NCBI GenBank assembly: GCA_963827235.1
Contig: CAWHAE010000012.1
Coordinates: 1-64,000, forward strand
DNA: 64,000 nt
Source: an uncultured bacterium
GTDB lineage: Bacteria; Chloroflexota; UBA5177; JANWHV01
Direction of reading: 5' to 3'
Below the pieces are notes generated by a model that was given only the letters and a program-made list of their open reading frames with translations, was not told where the DNA came from and ran no database searches. Shown here one piece after another: positions 10,537 through 20,582 of this stretch; position 1 is the stretch's first letter, and each line of letters begins with the position of its first letter. The position numbers and the translations under genes were made by a program.

Positions 10537-11955
10537 CTAGCCGCGATCGGCGTAGAGCGCGTTGCGAATGGCCGCGATGTCCCTCCGGATCTGGATGTTC
10601 TCGTTCTTGACCTCGGTCGCGATGCGATCGCAGCCGTGCATCACCGTGCTGTGGTCGCGATTGCCCAGCTGCTCGCCGATACGGGGCAGCGAGCAGCGCG
10701 CCTCTTCACGCATCAGGTACATGGCCACCTGCCGGGGCAGCGAGATGCTTCGCTCGCGCGAGGTGCTCAGCAAGGTCTCGCGCGTCACCCTGTAGTGCTT
10801 GGTCACCGCCTCGACGACCTCGTCGGCGGTGGGGGCAGCCCGCCGCGCGCCCACCGCATTGGCTTCCAGCTCGGCCACCGCCAGCTGCATGCTCACCGGC
10901 CTGTTCTGCACGCTCGCCGTCATGATCAGGCGCTTCAGCGCGCCCTCCAGCTCCCGTACGTTGGTGGTGATGCGCTTGGCCACGTAGTCGATCACCTCGC
11001 GCGGCACCGGAACGGGCTGCGACTGTGCCTTGGCGCGCAGAATGGCGATGCGGTGCTCGAGATCCGGCGGCTGGATGTCGGCGATCAGTCCCCATTCGAA
11101 GCGGGACCGCAGGCGATCCTCGAGCGTCGTCATGGCCTTGGGGTGCCTGTCGCTCGTCATCACGATCTGTCTCTGCGTGTCGTGCAGCGCGTTGAAGGTG
11201 TGGAAAAACTCCTCCTGCGTGCTCTCCTTGCCGGCAATGAACTGGATATCGTCGATCAGCAGGATGTCCACGCGGCGGTAGTACTCGCGAAACTCCTCGG
11301 TGCGCGATCGCCGTATGGCGCCGATCATGTCGTTCATGAAGTTCTCTGAGGAGGTCAGCAGCACGCGGCTACCCGGACGCTGCCGGAGCGCCTCGTGACC
11401 GATCGCGTGCAGCAGATGCGTCTTGCCCAGGCCGACGCTCCCCCAGATGAACAGCGGGTTGCACTCGGTGGCCGGCTTGTCGGCAACTGCCCGGCAGGCC
11501 GTGTATGCCAGCATGTTGCCGCTGCCCGCGATGAAGCTGTCGAACAGGTAGCGCGAATTGAACGGCGTCCCCACATTCGCCGGTTCCGGCGCCGCCTCGT
11601 TGGTCCAGCGCAGCGTGGGCCGGGCGGCGGATGCCGTGCGAGCCCCGCGCCCGGCGCCGCGCGCTCCGTGCGCGCCGTCCGCCGGCCCTCCGAGCAGCGG
11701 CGCCACGGCGTAGCGCACCTGAATGTGGTCGCAGCCGAGCGATTGCAGTGCCGTGCCGATCAGAGAAGGAACCTTCTTCTCCAGGTACTCCTGGTGGAAC
11801 GGATCGGGAACCCCAATCGTCAGCACGGCGCCGTCGAAGTCGAGACAGTGCGTGTCGCGCAGCCAGGTCGCATAGCTTGGCTGGGGCATGGTGCTCTGCA
11901 GCTCGGCCAGGGTCCGGGTCCAGATACGCGCGCCGTCCTGCTCCCGCTCTCTCAT
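10537..11955 (-). CDS. dnaA: Chromosomal replication initiator DnaA
   Basis: NPLFIWGSVGLGKTHLLHAIG, LLIDDIQF, QEEFFHTFN, RLRSRFEWGL, NVRELEGAL, RDHSTVMH. Confidence 0.97.
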   Translation of the reverse strand: MREREQDGARIWTRTLAELQSTMPQPSYATWLRDTHCLDFDGAVLTIGVPDPFHQEYLEKKVPSLIGTALQSLGCDHIQVRYAVAPLLGGPADGAHGARGAGRGARTASAARPTLRWTNEAAPEPANVGTPFNSRYLFDSFIAGSGNMLAYTACRAVADKPATECNPLFIWGSVGLGKTHLLHAIGHEALRQRPGSRVLLTSSENFMNDMIGAIRRSRTEEFREYYRRVDILLIDDIQFIAGKESTQEEFFHTFNALHDTQRQIVMTSDRHPKAMTTLEDRLRSRFEWGLIADIQPPDLEHRIAILRAKAQSQPVPVPREVIDYVAKRITTNVRELEGALKRLIMTASVQNRPVSMQLAVAELEANAVGARRAAPTADEVVEAVTKHYRVTRETLLSTSRERSISLPRQVAMYLMREEARCSLPRIGEQLGNRDHSTVMHGCDRIATEVKNENIQIRRDIAAIRNALYADRG

Positions 11956-12241
11956 GGGGCGGAGCTCGCCAACCACCGGGGCGCAAGCGCGCGTGGGCAC
12001 AGAGGTGTCATTTCCATGCGACTATTCTGTCATGGCTCGGGGGAGTGCGCAACACGGATTTCAGTCTCAATCACACCAGAACTCTACTACGGTGAGCGGA
12101 CTGCATCGACAGCGCACACCGCGTCGCGGGATTGATGAGCCGGTTGGCAAACCGTGCCGAGAGCAACGACGCGCCCGCGAACGGGCGCGCGGACATTTTG
12201 CCCGCCCCGCCGGTCGCCACGACCACTGTCCGCGTTGACGG

Positions 12242-13186
12242 CTATGTGGTCCAGTGGAGATCGCGGACGGCCGGCACTCCGAGCAGGGACGTCGCCTCGC
12301 GGACGGCGCGCCGGACGGCCTCCGCGACCACTTCTACCGCGATCACCGCCAGCACGTCGGCATGGGCCGGCATCTCGCCCGTCGAGAGCGCGAAGACCAC
12401 GTCCCCGTCGGCGCTGGTGTGCACCGGACTGATCGCCAGGGCCAACCCGTCGTGCGACTGCTCCGCCAGGCGGCCGAGCGCCGTCTTGTCCAGTCGCGCG
12501 TTGGTAACCACGGCTACCAGGGTCGTGTTCGTGGGCGCCAGGGCCGCGCCGGCCGCGCGCAGGAGCTCGCGGCTGCCGGCAAATCCGCCGGCCGCGCGGG
12601 TCCCGGCGATGATCGTGCCGTCGTGCTCCACCACGTCTCCCAGGGCATTGACTACCGCCAGGGCGCCCACGCTCACGCCCGCCGCCGGCTCCGAGACGGC
12701 CATGCCCAGTCCGCCCTTCGTGCGCGCCGCGGGCCCGCCCAGCCGCCCCACCGTGGCACCGCAGCCGGCCCCCACGGTCCCTTCGCGGCGCTCGTCCTCG
12801 CCGGCCGCCATGCAGGCCGCGTAGCCCGCCTCCAGGCCGGGGAAGGCGCTGGCAGAGCCCAGATCCAGGTCGAACAGGACGGCGGCCGGCACGATCGGCA
12901 CGCGCGCCACGGGCGTGGCGAAGCCCAGTCCGCGCTCGCGCAGGTAGCGCATGACGCCGCCTGCCGCGTCCAGTCCGAACGCGCTGCCGCCCGTGAGAAG
13001 CAGTGCGTTTACCGTCTGCACCGTGGCCGACGGCGCCAGCAGATCGGTCTCGCGTGTACCCGGAGCGCCGCCGCCCACGCGAATGCCGGCACGCATCTCG
13101 CCGCTTGCGGGCAGCAGCACCGTGCAGCCGGTGCCGGCCTCCAGATCGTGCCAGTGCCCGATACGCATGCCCGGCAGGGTGCTCAT
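12242..13186 (-). CDS. P1/S58 (DmpA-like) peptidase
   Basis: GGAPGTRETDLL, LTGGSAFGL, VPIVPAAVLFDL, NTTL, DGDVVFALST. Confidence 0.92.
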   Translation of the reverse strand: MSTLPGMRIGHWHDLEAGTGCTVLLPASGEMRAGIRVGGGAPGTRETDLLAPSATVQTVNALLLTGGSAFGLDAAGGVMRYLRERGLGFATPVARVPIVPAAVLFDLDLGSASAFPGLEAGYAACMAAGEDERREGTVGAGCGATVGRLGGPAARTKGGLGMAVSEPAAGVSVGALAVVNALGDVVEHDGTIIAGTRAAGGFAGSRELLRAAGAALAPTNTTLVAVVTNARLDKTALGRLAEQSHDGLALAISPVHTSADGDVVFALSTGEMPAHADVLAVIAVEVVAEAVRRAVREATSLLGVPAVRDLHWTT

Positions 13187-14046
13187 CGTCCGGCCTCCTC
13201 TCCCAGGACCATGTTGTCGATCAGGCGCGTGTGTCCCAGGAAGGCCGCGATCACCAGCAGTGAATCCGCTCGCGCCGCCTCGGGTCGCTCCCACGACATC
13301 CCATCCACGATCTCCGCGTAGTCGAGCCTGACAAGCGGCTCCGCGGCGACGATGCCGTGCATCGTGCCGAGCAGCCGGTCGACGTCGCGCGTGCCGGACT
13401 GAAAATCCCGGCGCGCGGCGCTCAACGCCCGGTAGAGAACTCGCGCTGCCCGGCGCTCGGGGACGGAAAGGTAGCGGTTCCGCGAGCTCATGGCCACGCC
13501 GTCTTCCTCCCGCACGGTCTCGCCGACTACCACCTCCACCGGCATATCCAGGTCTGCCACGAAGCGCCGGATCACCGCCGCCTGTTGCGCGTCCTTCTGC
13601 CCGAAGTAGGCGCGGGTCGGGCGCACGAGATTGAACAGCTTGGTCACCACGGTGGCCACGCCCGCGAAATGCCCGGGCCGCCGCTCGCCCTCCAGGATCG
13701 TGGCCAGCGGCCCGACCTCGACCCGGGAGGCAAAGCCGGCCGGGTACATCTCGCCGGCGGTAGGCGCGAACACCACGTCCACGCCCTCGGACGAGAGCGC
13801 CTCGAGATCCTGTGCCGGCGTGCGCGGGTATCGCGTGAAATCCTCGGACGGCCCGAACTGCGTTGGGTTGACGAAGATGCTGACCACCACCAGCCCATTC
13901 TCCTGCCGTGCTCGGCGCACGTGGGAAAGATGACCGGCGTGCAGCGCGCCCATGGTAGGGACAAGACCGATCGTGGATCGGGCAGCCCAGCCGGGTGCCA
14001 GGGTTTGCCGGAGCTCGGCAATGGTCGTGCATTCAATCTGCGACAT
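13183..14046 (-). CDS. panC: Pantoate-beta-alanine ligase
   Basis: VPTMGALHAGH, SIFVNPTQF, RPGHFAGV, FGQKDAQQ, AMSSRN, RLIDN. Confidence 0.97.
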   Translation of the reverse strand: MSQIECTTIAELRQTLAPGWAARSTIGLVPTMGALHAGHLSHVRRARQENGLVVVSIFVNPTQFGPSEDFTRYPRTPAQDLEALSSEGVDVVFAPTAGEMYPAGFASRVEVGPLATILEGERRPGHFAGVATVVTKLFNLVRPTRAYFGQKDAQQAAVIRRFVADLDMPVEVVVGETVREEDGVAMSSRNRYLSVPERRAARVLYRALSAARRDFQSGTRDVDRLLGTMHGIVAAEPLVRLDYAEIVDGMSWERPEAARADSLLVIAAFLGHTRLIDNMVLGEEAGR

Positions 14047-14234
14047 GCCTGCTGTGCCTCCATTCACATCTCACATACAATTCTAAAGGCAAGTCAAGCA
14101 GGGACCGAGTTGCCTCTCACCTTGACCTCGGACATCGTGCCCGCCCCCGCACGTGCCCGGTATCGCTTCCAGCCTGGCGAGTCGGCTTCCCGCCGCGTCA
14201 CACAGTCCATGCTGGCTCCCGGCCGCTCCAATGC

Positions 14235-14264
14235 TTGACCGGCGATCGCGCGGCGGCGTACTAT
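14235..14264 (+). promoter_or_regulatory. Sigma70-type promoter for panB
   Basis: TTGACC-N18-TACTAT. Confidence 0.6.
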
Positions 14265-14269
14265 CGGGC

Positions 14270-14447
14270 GGAGCGACGTGATTCGCCCCGGCGGCTCTGT
14301 GCGCCCGGTGCATGAGTCGACAGAACGTCGTCCGACTTGAACCCGCCGGCTCGATCCGCGGTCTCCTGCTCCGGCCCTCGAGATAGGGCTTCGACGAACA
14401 GGGCCGCCGGGGAACGACACCGGCCTGCCGGCTGCCAGGGAAGCGGG
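14270..14447 (+). ncRNA. Candidate structured 5' leader of panB (possible pan-motif RNA)
   Basis: About 180-nt UTR with small hairpins (GCCCT-cgagat-AGGGC), upstream of a pantothenate gene. Not verified with a covariance model. Confidence 0.3.
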
Positions 14448-15302
14448 ATGATGAAAGAGAAACTCACGGCAGCCGGCTTGCGGGCTGCCAAGGCTCGCGG
14501 ACAGAAGCTGGCCATGGTGACGGCCTACGATCACCCCTCCGCCGTGCTCGTCGATTTGTCCCCGGTAGAGATACTGCTCGTGGGTGACTCGCTGGCCAAC
14601 AATGTCCTTGGCTACGAGAGCACCACGCCCGTGACCATGGACGAGATGCTCCACCACCTGCGCGCCGTGGTACGCGGGGCCACGCACACAATGATCGTGG
14701 GCGACATGCCCTTCGGCAGCTATCACGTATCACCGCAGGAAGCGATTGCCAACGCTGTCCGCTTCCTGAAGGCGGGTGCGGAGTGCGTGAAGCTGGAGGG
14801 CGGCGTCTCCCATGCCGAGACCGTGCACTGCATGGTGCAGGCCGGTATCCCCGTGATGGGCCACATCGGGCTGACTCCTCAGGGCATGCCGCCCAGCGCC
14901 TGGCGCGTACAGGGAAAGGACGCCGCCTCCGCGCGCCAGATTCTGGACGATGCGGCGGCGATGGAACGTGCCGGGGCCTGCTCGCTGGTGATCGAGGCCG
15001 TGCCGTCGGCGCTCGCCGCGCAGATCACACAGCGCCTCTCCATTCCCACGATCGGCATCGGTGCCGGGCCGCACTGTGACGGTCAGGTGCTCATCTGGCA
15101 CGATCTGCTGGGGCTGCACGACTTCTCTCCACGGCACAACAAGCAGTACGCCAACCTGTTCGCGACCATCGGCAGCGCGCTCGACGCCTACCATCGCGAG
15201 GTGATCGACGGCACCTTCCCGACGGCCGAGCACGGGTACAAGATGAAGGACTCCGTTCTCGAGGAGGCACTTCGTCCGGATGCCGAGCGCGTGCAGGAGT
15301 AG
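14448..15302 (+). CDS. panB: 3-methyl-2-oxobutanoate hydroxymethyltransferase
   Basis: MVTAYD, LLVGDSL, DMPFGSY, VKLEGG, GHIGLTPQ, IGIGAG..CDGQVL. Confidence 0.97.
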   Translation: MMKEKLTAAGLRAAKARGQKLAMVTAYDHPSAVLVDLSPVEILLVGDSLANNVLGYESTTPVTMDEMLHHLRAVVRGATHTMIVGDMPFGSYHVSPQEAIANAVRFLKAGAECVKLEGGVSHAETVHCMVQAGIPVMGHIGLTPQGMPPSAWRVQGKDAASARQILDDAAAMERAGACSLVIEAVPSALAAQITQRLSIPTIGIGAGPHCDGQVLIWHDLLGLHDFSPRHNKQYANLFATIGSALDAYHREVIDGTFPTAEHGYKMKDSVLEEALRPDAERVQE

Positions 15303-15474
15303 GCTCCGCCCGCAGGCGCCGGAATCGCTTCCACGGGGCACGGCGCGCGCCGCTGTCTAGGCCGATCCTGGGCCCGGTTCCACCCGTTCGACCCATGCGG
15401 TTACCCGGCGTCCGCTCTACGGTGAGCACTGTGGGTAGGTGGCAAATGGAGCATGCCAGGAAGGAGAACGAACG

Positions 15475-15904
15475 GTGTTCAACGCCTCGAACGTACTGGC
15501 CGGAATCGCGCGCGGTGCCACCGTGCTGGACTTTACCGGCGAGAAGATCGGGACCGTCATGGAGGTGAACGAGAGTCGCGGCTACATTCAGATCGAGAAG
15601 GGATGGCTGTTCCACAAGGACTTCTACGTCCCCGCCACGGCCGTCAGATCGCGTCGACGCGGTCGGCAGCGTCGTGCTCAATCTGAACAAGCACGACCTC
15701 GACGAGAGCTACGACTCCCCGCCCATTCCCGACAAGATCCGCACGAACGTGGACCTTGCCAACGCCGGCGCCGACCGCGTCTTGTCGAGCCCAACCGGCA
15801 CGGCGGGGAGCGGCAGTTCGGTCGACGAGTACAGTGACAGCTCCGCCGCTCGAGCGGGATCGAGTGCCTCGCGCTGGCCCATGGACGACGAAGACAGCTA
15901 CTAG
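15475..15904 (+). CDS. PRC-barrel / DUF2171-like protein (frameshift ~15646)
   Basis: GATVLDFTGEKIGTV...EKGWLFHKDFYVP continues in another frame as DRVDAVGSVVLNLNK. Confidence 0.7.
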
Positions 15905-16270
15905 CACCGGTTCCGGCACAGCTCGTGCCGCTCCGGCTCTCTGATCCAGGACCCCGGCCGAAGCCGAGCAGGGCGCGACACCCGAGCTCGACCGGTCGGG
16001 GTCCTCGTTTGCCGCCCGAACCGGCAAAGCCTGTGGGGCATGGCGCTGAGTTATGCACCAGAGCACTAGGGCGGACGCGCGAATGCGGCTACACTTTCCT
16101 AGAGAGAATCGGGATGGGATGATCGGTTCTCCCCAGAACAGGGCATAGACCGGAGCCAGCGCCGTGCGTACGCTCACCGTGCAACATATGCTGCATACGC
16201 GCCCAGGTCGTGTTGCACCTACCAGATCGAACGGCACTCGCGCAGCCGGGAGAGTATCGAGAAGACGACG

Positions 16271-19200
16271 TTGATCGATCAACACGGACCTCGCTATCTC
16301 ACTACCGGTGAAGCGGCGAAGTTCCTGGGTGTCTCTCGGCACGCGCTGCTGCGCGCCGTGCGCCGTGGCAAGATTCATCCCGCTCGCCAGACGCCGGGCG
16401 GCAGGCTCGGCTTCCGGCTTGAAGACCTCGCCGTACTCGTAGACACGCTGTCTCCGGCAGCCGAGGCCCAGGAGGAGGCGGACTCGCAGGACTTCGATCG
16501 CGGTCCTGGGCCGTATGACGCCTACGTCGCAGGCGTTCTTCCAGGTGCCGGCTCCCATTGCACTGCTCGCGCAGGACGGCACGTGGCTGCTGGTCAATCC
16601 TGCCCTCTGCACGCTGCTTGGCCACACCCAGGAAGAGCTCCTCGTGCTTGGCCCGCACAACTTGACTCATCCCGACGACCTGGACAGTTCGACCGGCGCC
16701 CGACAGGCTCTGCTGGAAGGCCGGCGCCTGACCGCCGACTTCAAGAAGAGATACCGGCACCGGGACGGCCACTACGTGTGGGTCGACGTCACCGCATCGT
16801 TGGTCAGCGACGGGAATGGCCAGCCGCTCTACTACGTCAATCAGATGCAGGACATTACCGAGCGGCAACTGGCCGACGAAGCCCGGCAAGCCAGCGAGGA
16901 GTTGTTGCGCTCCGTCGTCACGCACGCGCCGCTCGCCCTGCTGGCCGTGGACACGTTGGGCACTATCACGCTCGCCGAAGGCCACGCGTTCAGCAGCCTT
17001 GGCCTCTACCCCCTCGATCTGGTCGGGTGCGCTATAGTCGAAGCATTTCCCGCCAACCCCGACATGCATGCCCTTGCTCGTCGGGCCTGCGCCGGTGAGA
17101 GTGTCTCCGGAGTGGTCGAGATCGGCGGCGTCGTGCTGGATAGCCGCTGGACACCGCTGTACGATAGCCGGTACGAGGTCGCGGCGCGATCAGCATCTCC
17201 ACCGACATTTCCGTCCAGAAGCAAGCCGAGAGGGATCTGATCGAACGGGAAGCGCGCTTCCGCGCACTCACGGAGAACGCCGGCGACCTGATCTGCGTCT
17301 GGAGCGCGTTCGGCGAGGTGGAATACGAAAGCTCGTCCTACGCGCGTCTGCTCGGCCGGCCGTTAGCGGAGTGTGCCGGGGCGGACGGCTTCGACGCCTT
17401 CCATCCTGACGATCGCGAGAACATCCGCCTGGCGCTTCATTCCATGGTGGTCGATGGCGTGCAGCAAGAACGCCTCGAGTTCCGGCACCTCGGGGCGGAC
17501 AATACTTGGCACACGCTGGACTCGGTGATCGTCAATCGCCTGGAGGATCCGGCCGTACGGGGCATCGTCGCCACGAGCAGGGACGTCAGCGAGCAGAAAG
17601 CGATCATCGCCGCGCTCGCCGCCAGCGAGAACCGCGCGCGTATGCTGATCGAAAACGCGCCGGTCGGCGCCTGCATCATCGACGACGCCGGCACGTTCGA
17701 GGTGCTCAATGCCGCCTACGCCGATATCTATGGATTCCAGCCCGATCAGCTGGTGGGACGCCAGATCGGAACGGTCAAGCAGGAAGTGCTGGAACGGCAG
17801 GTGACCAGCGTCAACCGGGAAAGCGAGCTGGCGGCAGACGGCATCGCGACCACCGTCGAATACGAGCTCGTCAACCGGCGCCACCAGTTCCTCATGGTGT
17901 CCGCTACCACGTTCAACGTGATCGGAAGAGACGGCCGCCCGCGGCAGGTGTCGTTCGTGGTGGACGTGACGGATCAGAAAAAACACGAGCAGCGTCTGGC
18001 CTACGCGGCCAACCACGACACGCTCACGGGTCTTCCCAATCGCGCTCTGTTCGGCGACCGGCTCGAGCATGCGCTCCACATGGCGGCCCGCGACCGGTTC
18101 ACACTGGCCATCTTCCAGATCGATCTCGACCGCTTCAAGCAGATCAACGATCGTCTCGGCCACGAAGCAGGCGACGTCGTGCTCAAGGCCGTTGCCCAGC
18201 GCATAAGCGGCGTCCTCCGTGTCTCGGACACGGTCGCTCGCCTGGGAGGCGACGAGTTCGCCGTGATCCTCCCGCATTCGGACGAAGCTGGTGCTCTGCA
18301 GGTTGCCGGCAAAGTTCGCGGAGCCGTCAGTCCGCCGATCGACGTCAATGGCTCCAGTGTGTCGGTCGAGGCCAGCATCGGCATCTCGCTCTACCCGGAG
18401 CATGCCTCCGACAGCACCACCCTGATGCGCTATGCCGACCAGGCGATGTACGTGGCCAAAGCCGGCTGCTGGGGTGCGGTCGTGCACAGCGTTGCCAAGA
18501 AGCGCAACGGCGGCCTGCGCTCGCTGGCGGCGGATCAGCGCGATGCAATCAAGAGCGGGCAAATGCGGCTGCGCTATCAGCCGGTGGTCGACTGCCGCCT
18601 CGATCGCACGACTCGCGTCGAGGCCCTCGTGCACTGGCAGCACCCCACGCTTGGGCTCCTGGAGCCCGCCGATTTCGTGCCGGTTGCCGAGCAGGTACGG
18701 GCGATCGACGCCCTGACCGTGTGGATCCTCGAGCAAATCCTGCGGCAGATCAGTCAATGGCGCCGGTTAGGCATGCAGCTCGACGTGTCCGTCAACGTTT
18801 CGCTCGACGTGCTGCTGGATCCGCATTTTCCGGATCTGATCGCTGCCTTGCTGCGCCAGTACGGTGTCGAGCCGGGTAGCTTGATCTTCGAGCTCGAGGA
18901 GGCGACCCTGCTGCGTGGCGCGAACCCCGCCATTCTTGCCGTTCACCGCCTGTCCACGCTGGGCGTGCGCGTGACTCTCGACGGCGTGGGCGTGGAGCGC
19001 ACGTCGTTCGACCTGATCAGCAGGCTGCCTTTCGGCGAGATCAAGGTCGCCAAGGCGGTCATCCGCCAGATCTACGCCAGCCATGGGCCGGCCCTCGTGG
19101 GCGCCATCCTGGGGCTGAGCAGGGGCCTGGGGCTGCGGATCGTCGCCGAGGGCGTGGAGGACCGCGGGGTGTGGGAGCGCTTGCGCTCCATGGGCTTCGA

Positions 19201-19300
19201 CCTCATGCAGGGCAACTACCTGTGCCGGCCGCTCCTTCCGGACGAGCTTGCGGCGTGGATCACAGCCAGCCGCCGCGTGCTGGCCGAGCCGGCAAGCTGA
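16271..19300 (+). CDS. HTH_17 (excisionase-like)-multi-PAS-GGDEF-EAL protein; probable frameshifts ~16490 and ~17183
   Basis: YLTTGEAAKFLGVS..TPGG HTH, PAS/PAC motifs (THPDD, HPDDR), HDTLTGLPNR, RLGGDEF, YQP..EALVHW. The PAS frames join across a 1-nt slip at ~17183. Confidence 0.85.
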
Positions 19301-19309
19301 GCACGCCGC

Positions 19310-19980
19310 TCAGCTCAGGATATTGACCGCTCGAGCCGCCACCAACGCGACGGTCACCAACGATGCCATGGCCTGCACCATCATCAGCATTTTCGCGGTC
19401 GCGCTCAGGGGCAGCGTGTCGGTGGGACTGAAGGCGGTGGCGTTGGTGAACGACACGTACAGGTAGTCGACGAAGTACGGCCGCCAGTGGGCCGGCGGGT
19501 TCGCCTCCGTCATCTGCGGGAACAGGAAGTCGGGGGACCGCCGGGGTGCGCGCCGGCGCGCCATGGGACCGCCGCGGTCGATCTCCCAGTACCACAGGGC
19601 AAAGACGATGATGTTGGTCAACCAGATCTGCACCGACGCCAGGAGGAGCATCTCTCCGGTGATCGGGGTGCCCTGGATGGCCACTCCTTTGTGCAGCAGC
19701 GCCGCGATCAGCAGCACAAGCGATCCGATGTTCGCCAGGTTGATCAATGCGATGAGCGAGATCGACGCGATGCGCTGGATCGAGGCTTCCGTCCTGTGGC
19801 GAACGGGAGCCATGGCCGTCAGAACGGCAAGCAGCGCCAGCTCGAGGACCGGGGAATCCACTTATACCCTACCGCGAGCTTGTCGGGCAATGTAACGTAG
19901 AGCAATGTGGCCAGAACTATCGCCGAACGGGCCGGCCACAGGTTCTCATGCTGGGGCAGCGACGTCGCAGTCGTGCTCAT
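19310..19980 (-). CDS. DUF1345-like membrane protein (frameshift ~19860)
   Basis: WLTNIIVFALWYWEIDRGGP, DFLFPQM, DYLYVSFTNATAFSPTDT. Confidence 0.8.
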
Positions 19981-20086
19981 GGCAGCCCTCCTCACGAATA
20001 TACAATAGGCAACTTCCTCAGAATACCGGTGGTACCATGAAGTATGATCCTGTTGACGGGGACGGAGCACACTGGGAGGATAACTC

Positions 20087-20353
20087 GTGACGATCAAGCC
20101 CGGCTTCCGCTATGTCAAAGCGCCCTCCGGTGCCGTGCATGCCGTCCAGATCAAGGCGGACGGAACACTGCATACGGTACCGTTCGAAACCGGGCCGCAC
20201 GCCGTCATGTATTCCTTCAACCGCCTGCGTCCGGTCGCCTTTCAGATCGAGAAAGTGTTCTTCCCCATGGATCAGTTCGAGCAGACGTTCACTCCTGTCA
20301 ACTCCGAGCACGCGAGGACGGCGGCACCGTCGCTGGTGCGGCTCCTGAGCTGA
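20087..20353 (+). CDS. Small hypothetical protein
   Basis: GGGAGG RBS before GTG, plausible codon usage, no recognised motif. Confidence 0.55.
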   Translation: MTIKPGFRYVKAPSGAVHAVQIKADGTLHTVPFETGPHAVMYSFNRLRPVAFQIEKVFFPMDQFEQTFTPVNSEHARTAAPSLVRLLS

Positions 20354-20582
20354 CCACTACTCTTCCCGGAGCTCGGCACGCGAGAGACGCACGCGACGTT
20401 CATCGCGTTCTACCCGCTCAGCGGACAGCAAGCCGCGCATCGCCATGCTCGACAGGTGAGCGCCGCCAATCCTGGCGCTTGCCGGTGTCGCCAAGCACGG
20501 AGTTGACTCCGCTCCCGCGGGTCTCACCGTTGCTTGCGCGGCGTGCATAGCGCCGCGCAACCCGGCGCGGCCGGCAACGCCG

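Noticed and set aside
11956-12241. Possible oriC upstream of dnaA
   Set aside because: No DnaA-box cluster or AT-rich unwinding element visible.
12242-14032. 596-aa ORF suggesting a large fusion
   Set aside because: The upstream part is an alternative frame over panC; the peptidase starts at 13186.
16271-16480. Excisionase as a sign of a prophage or ICE
   Set aside because: No integrase or att-like context; the HTH appears to belong to the signalling protein.
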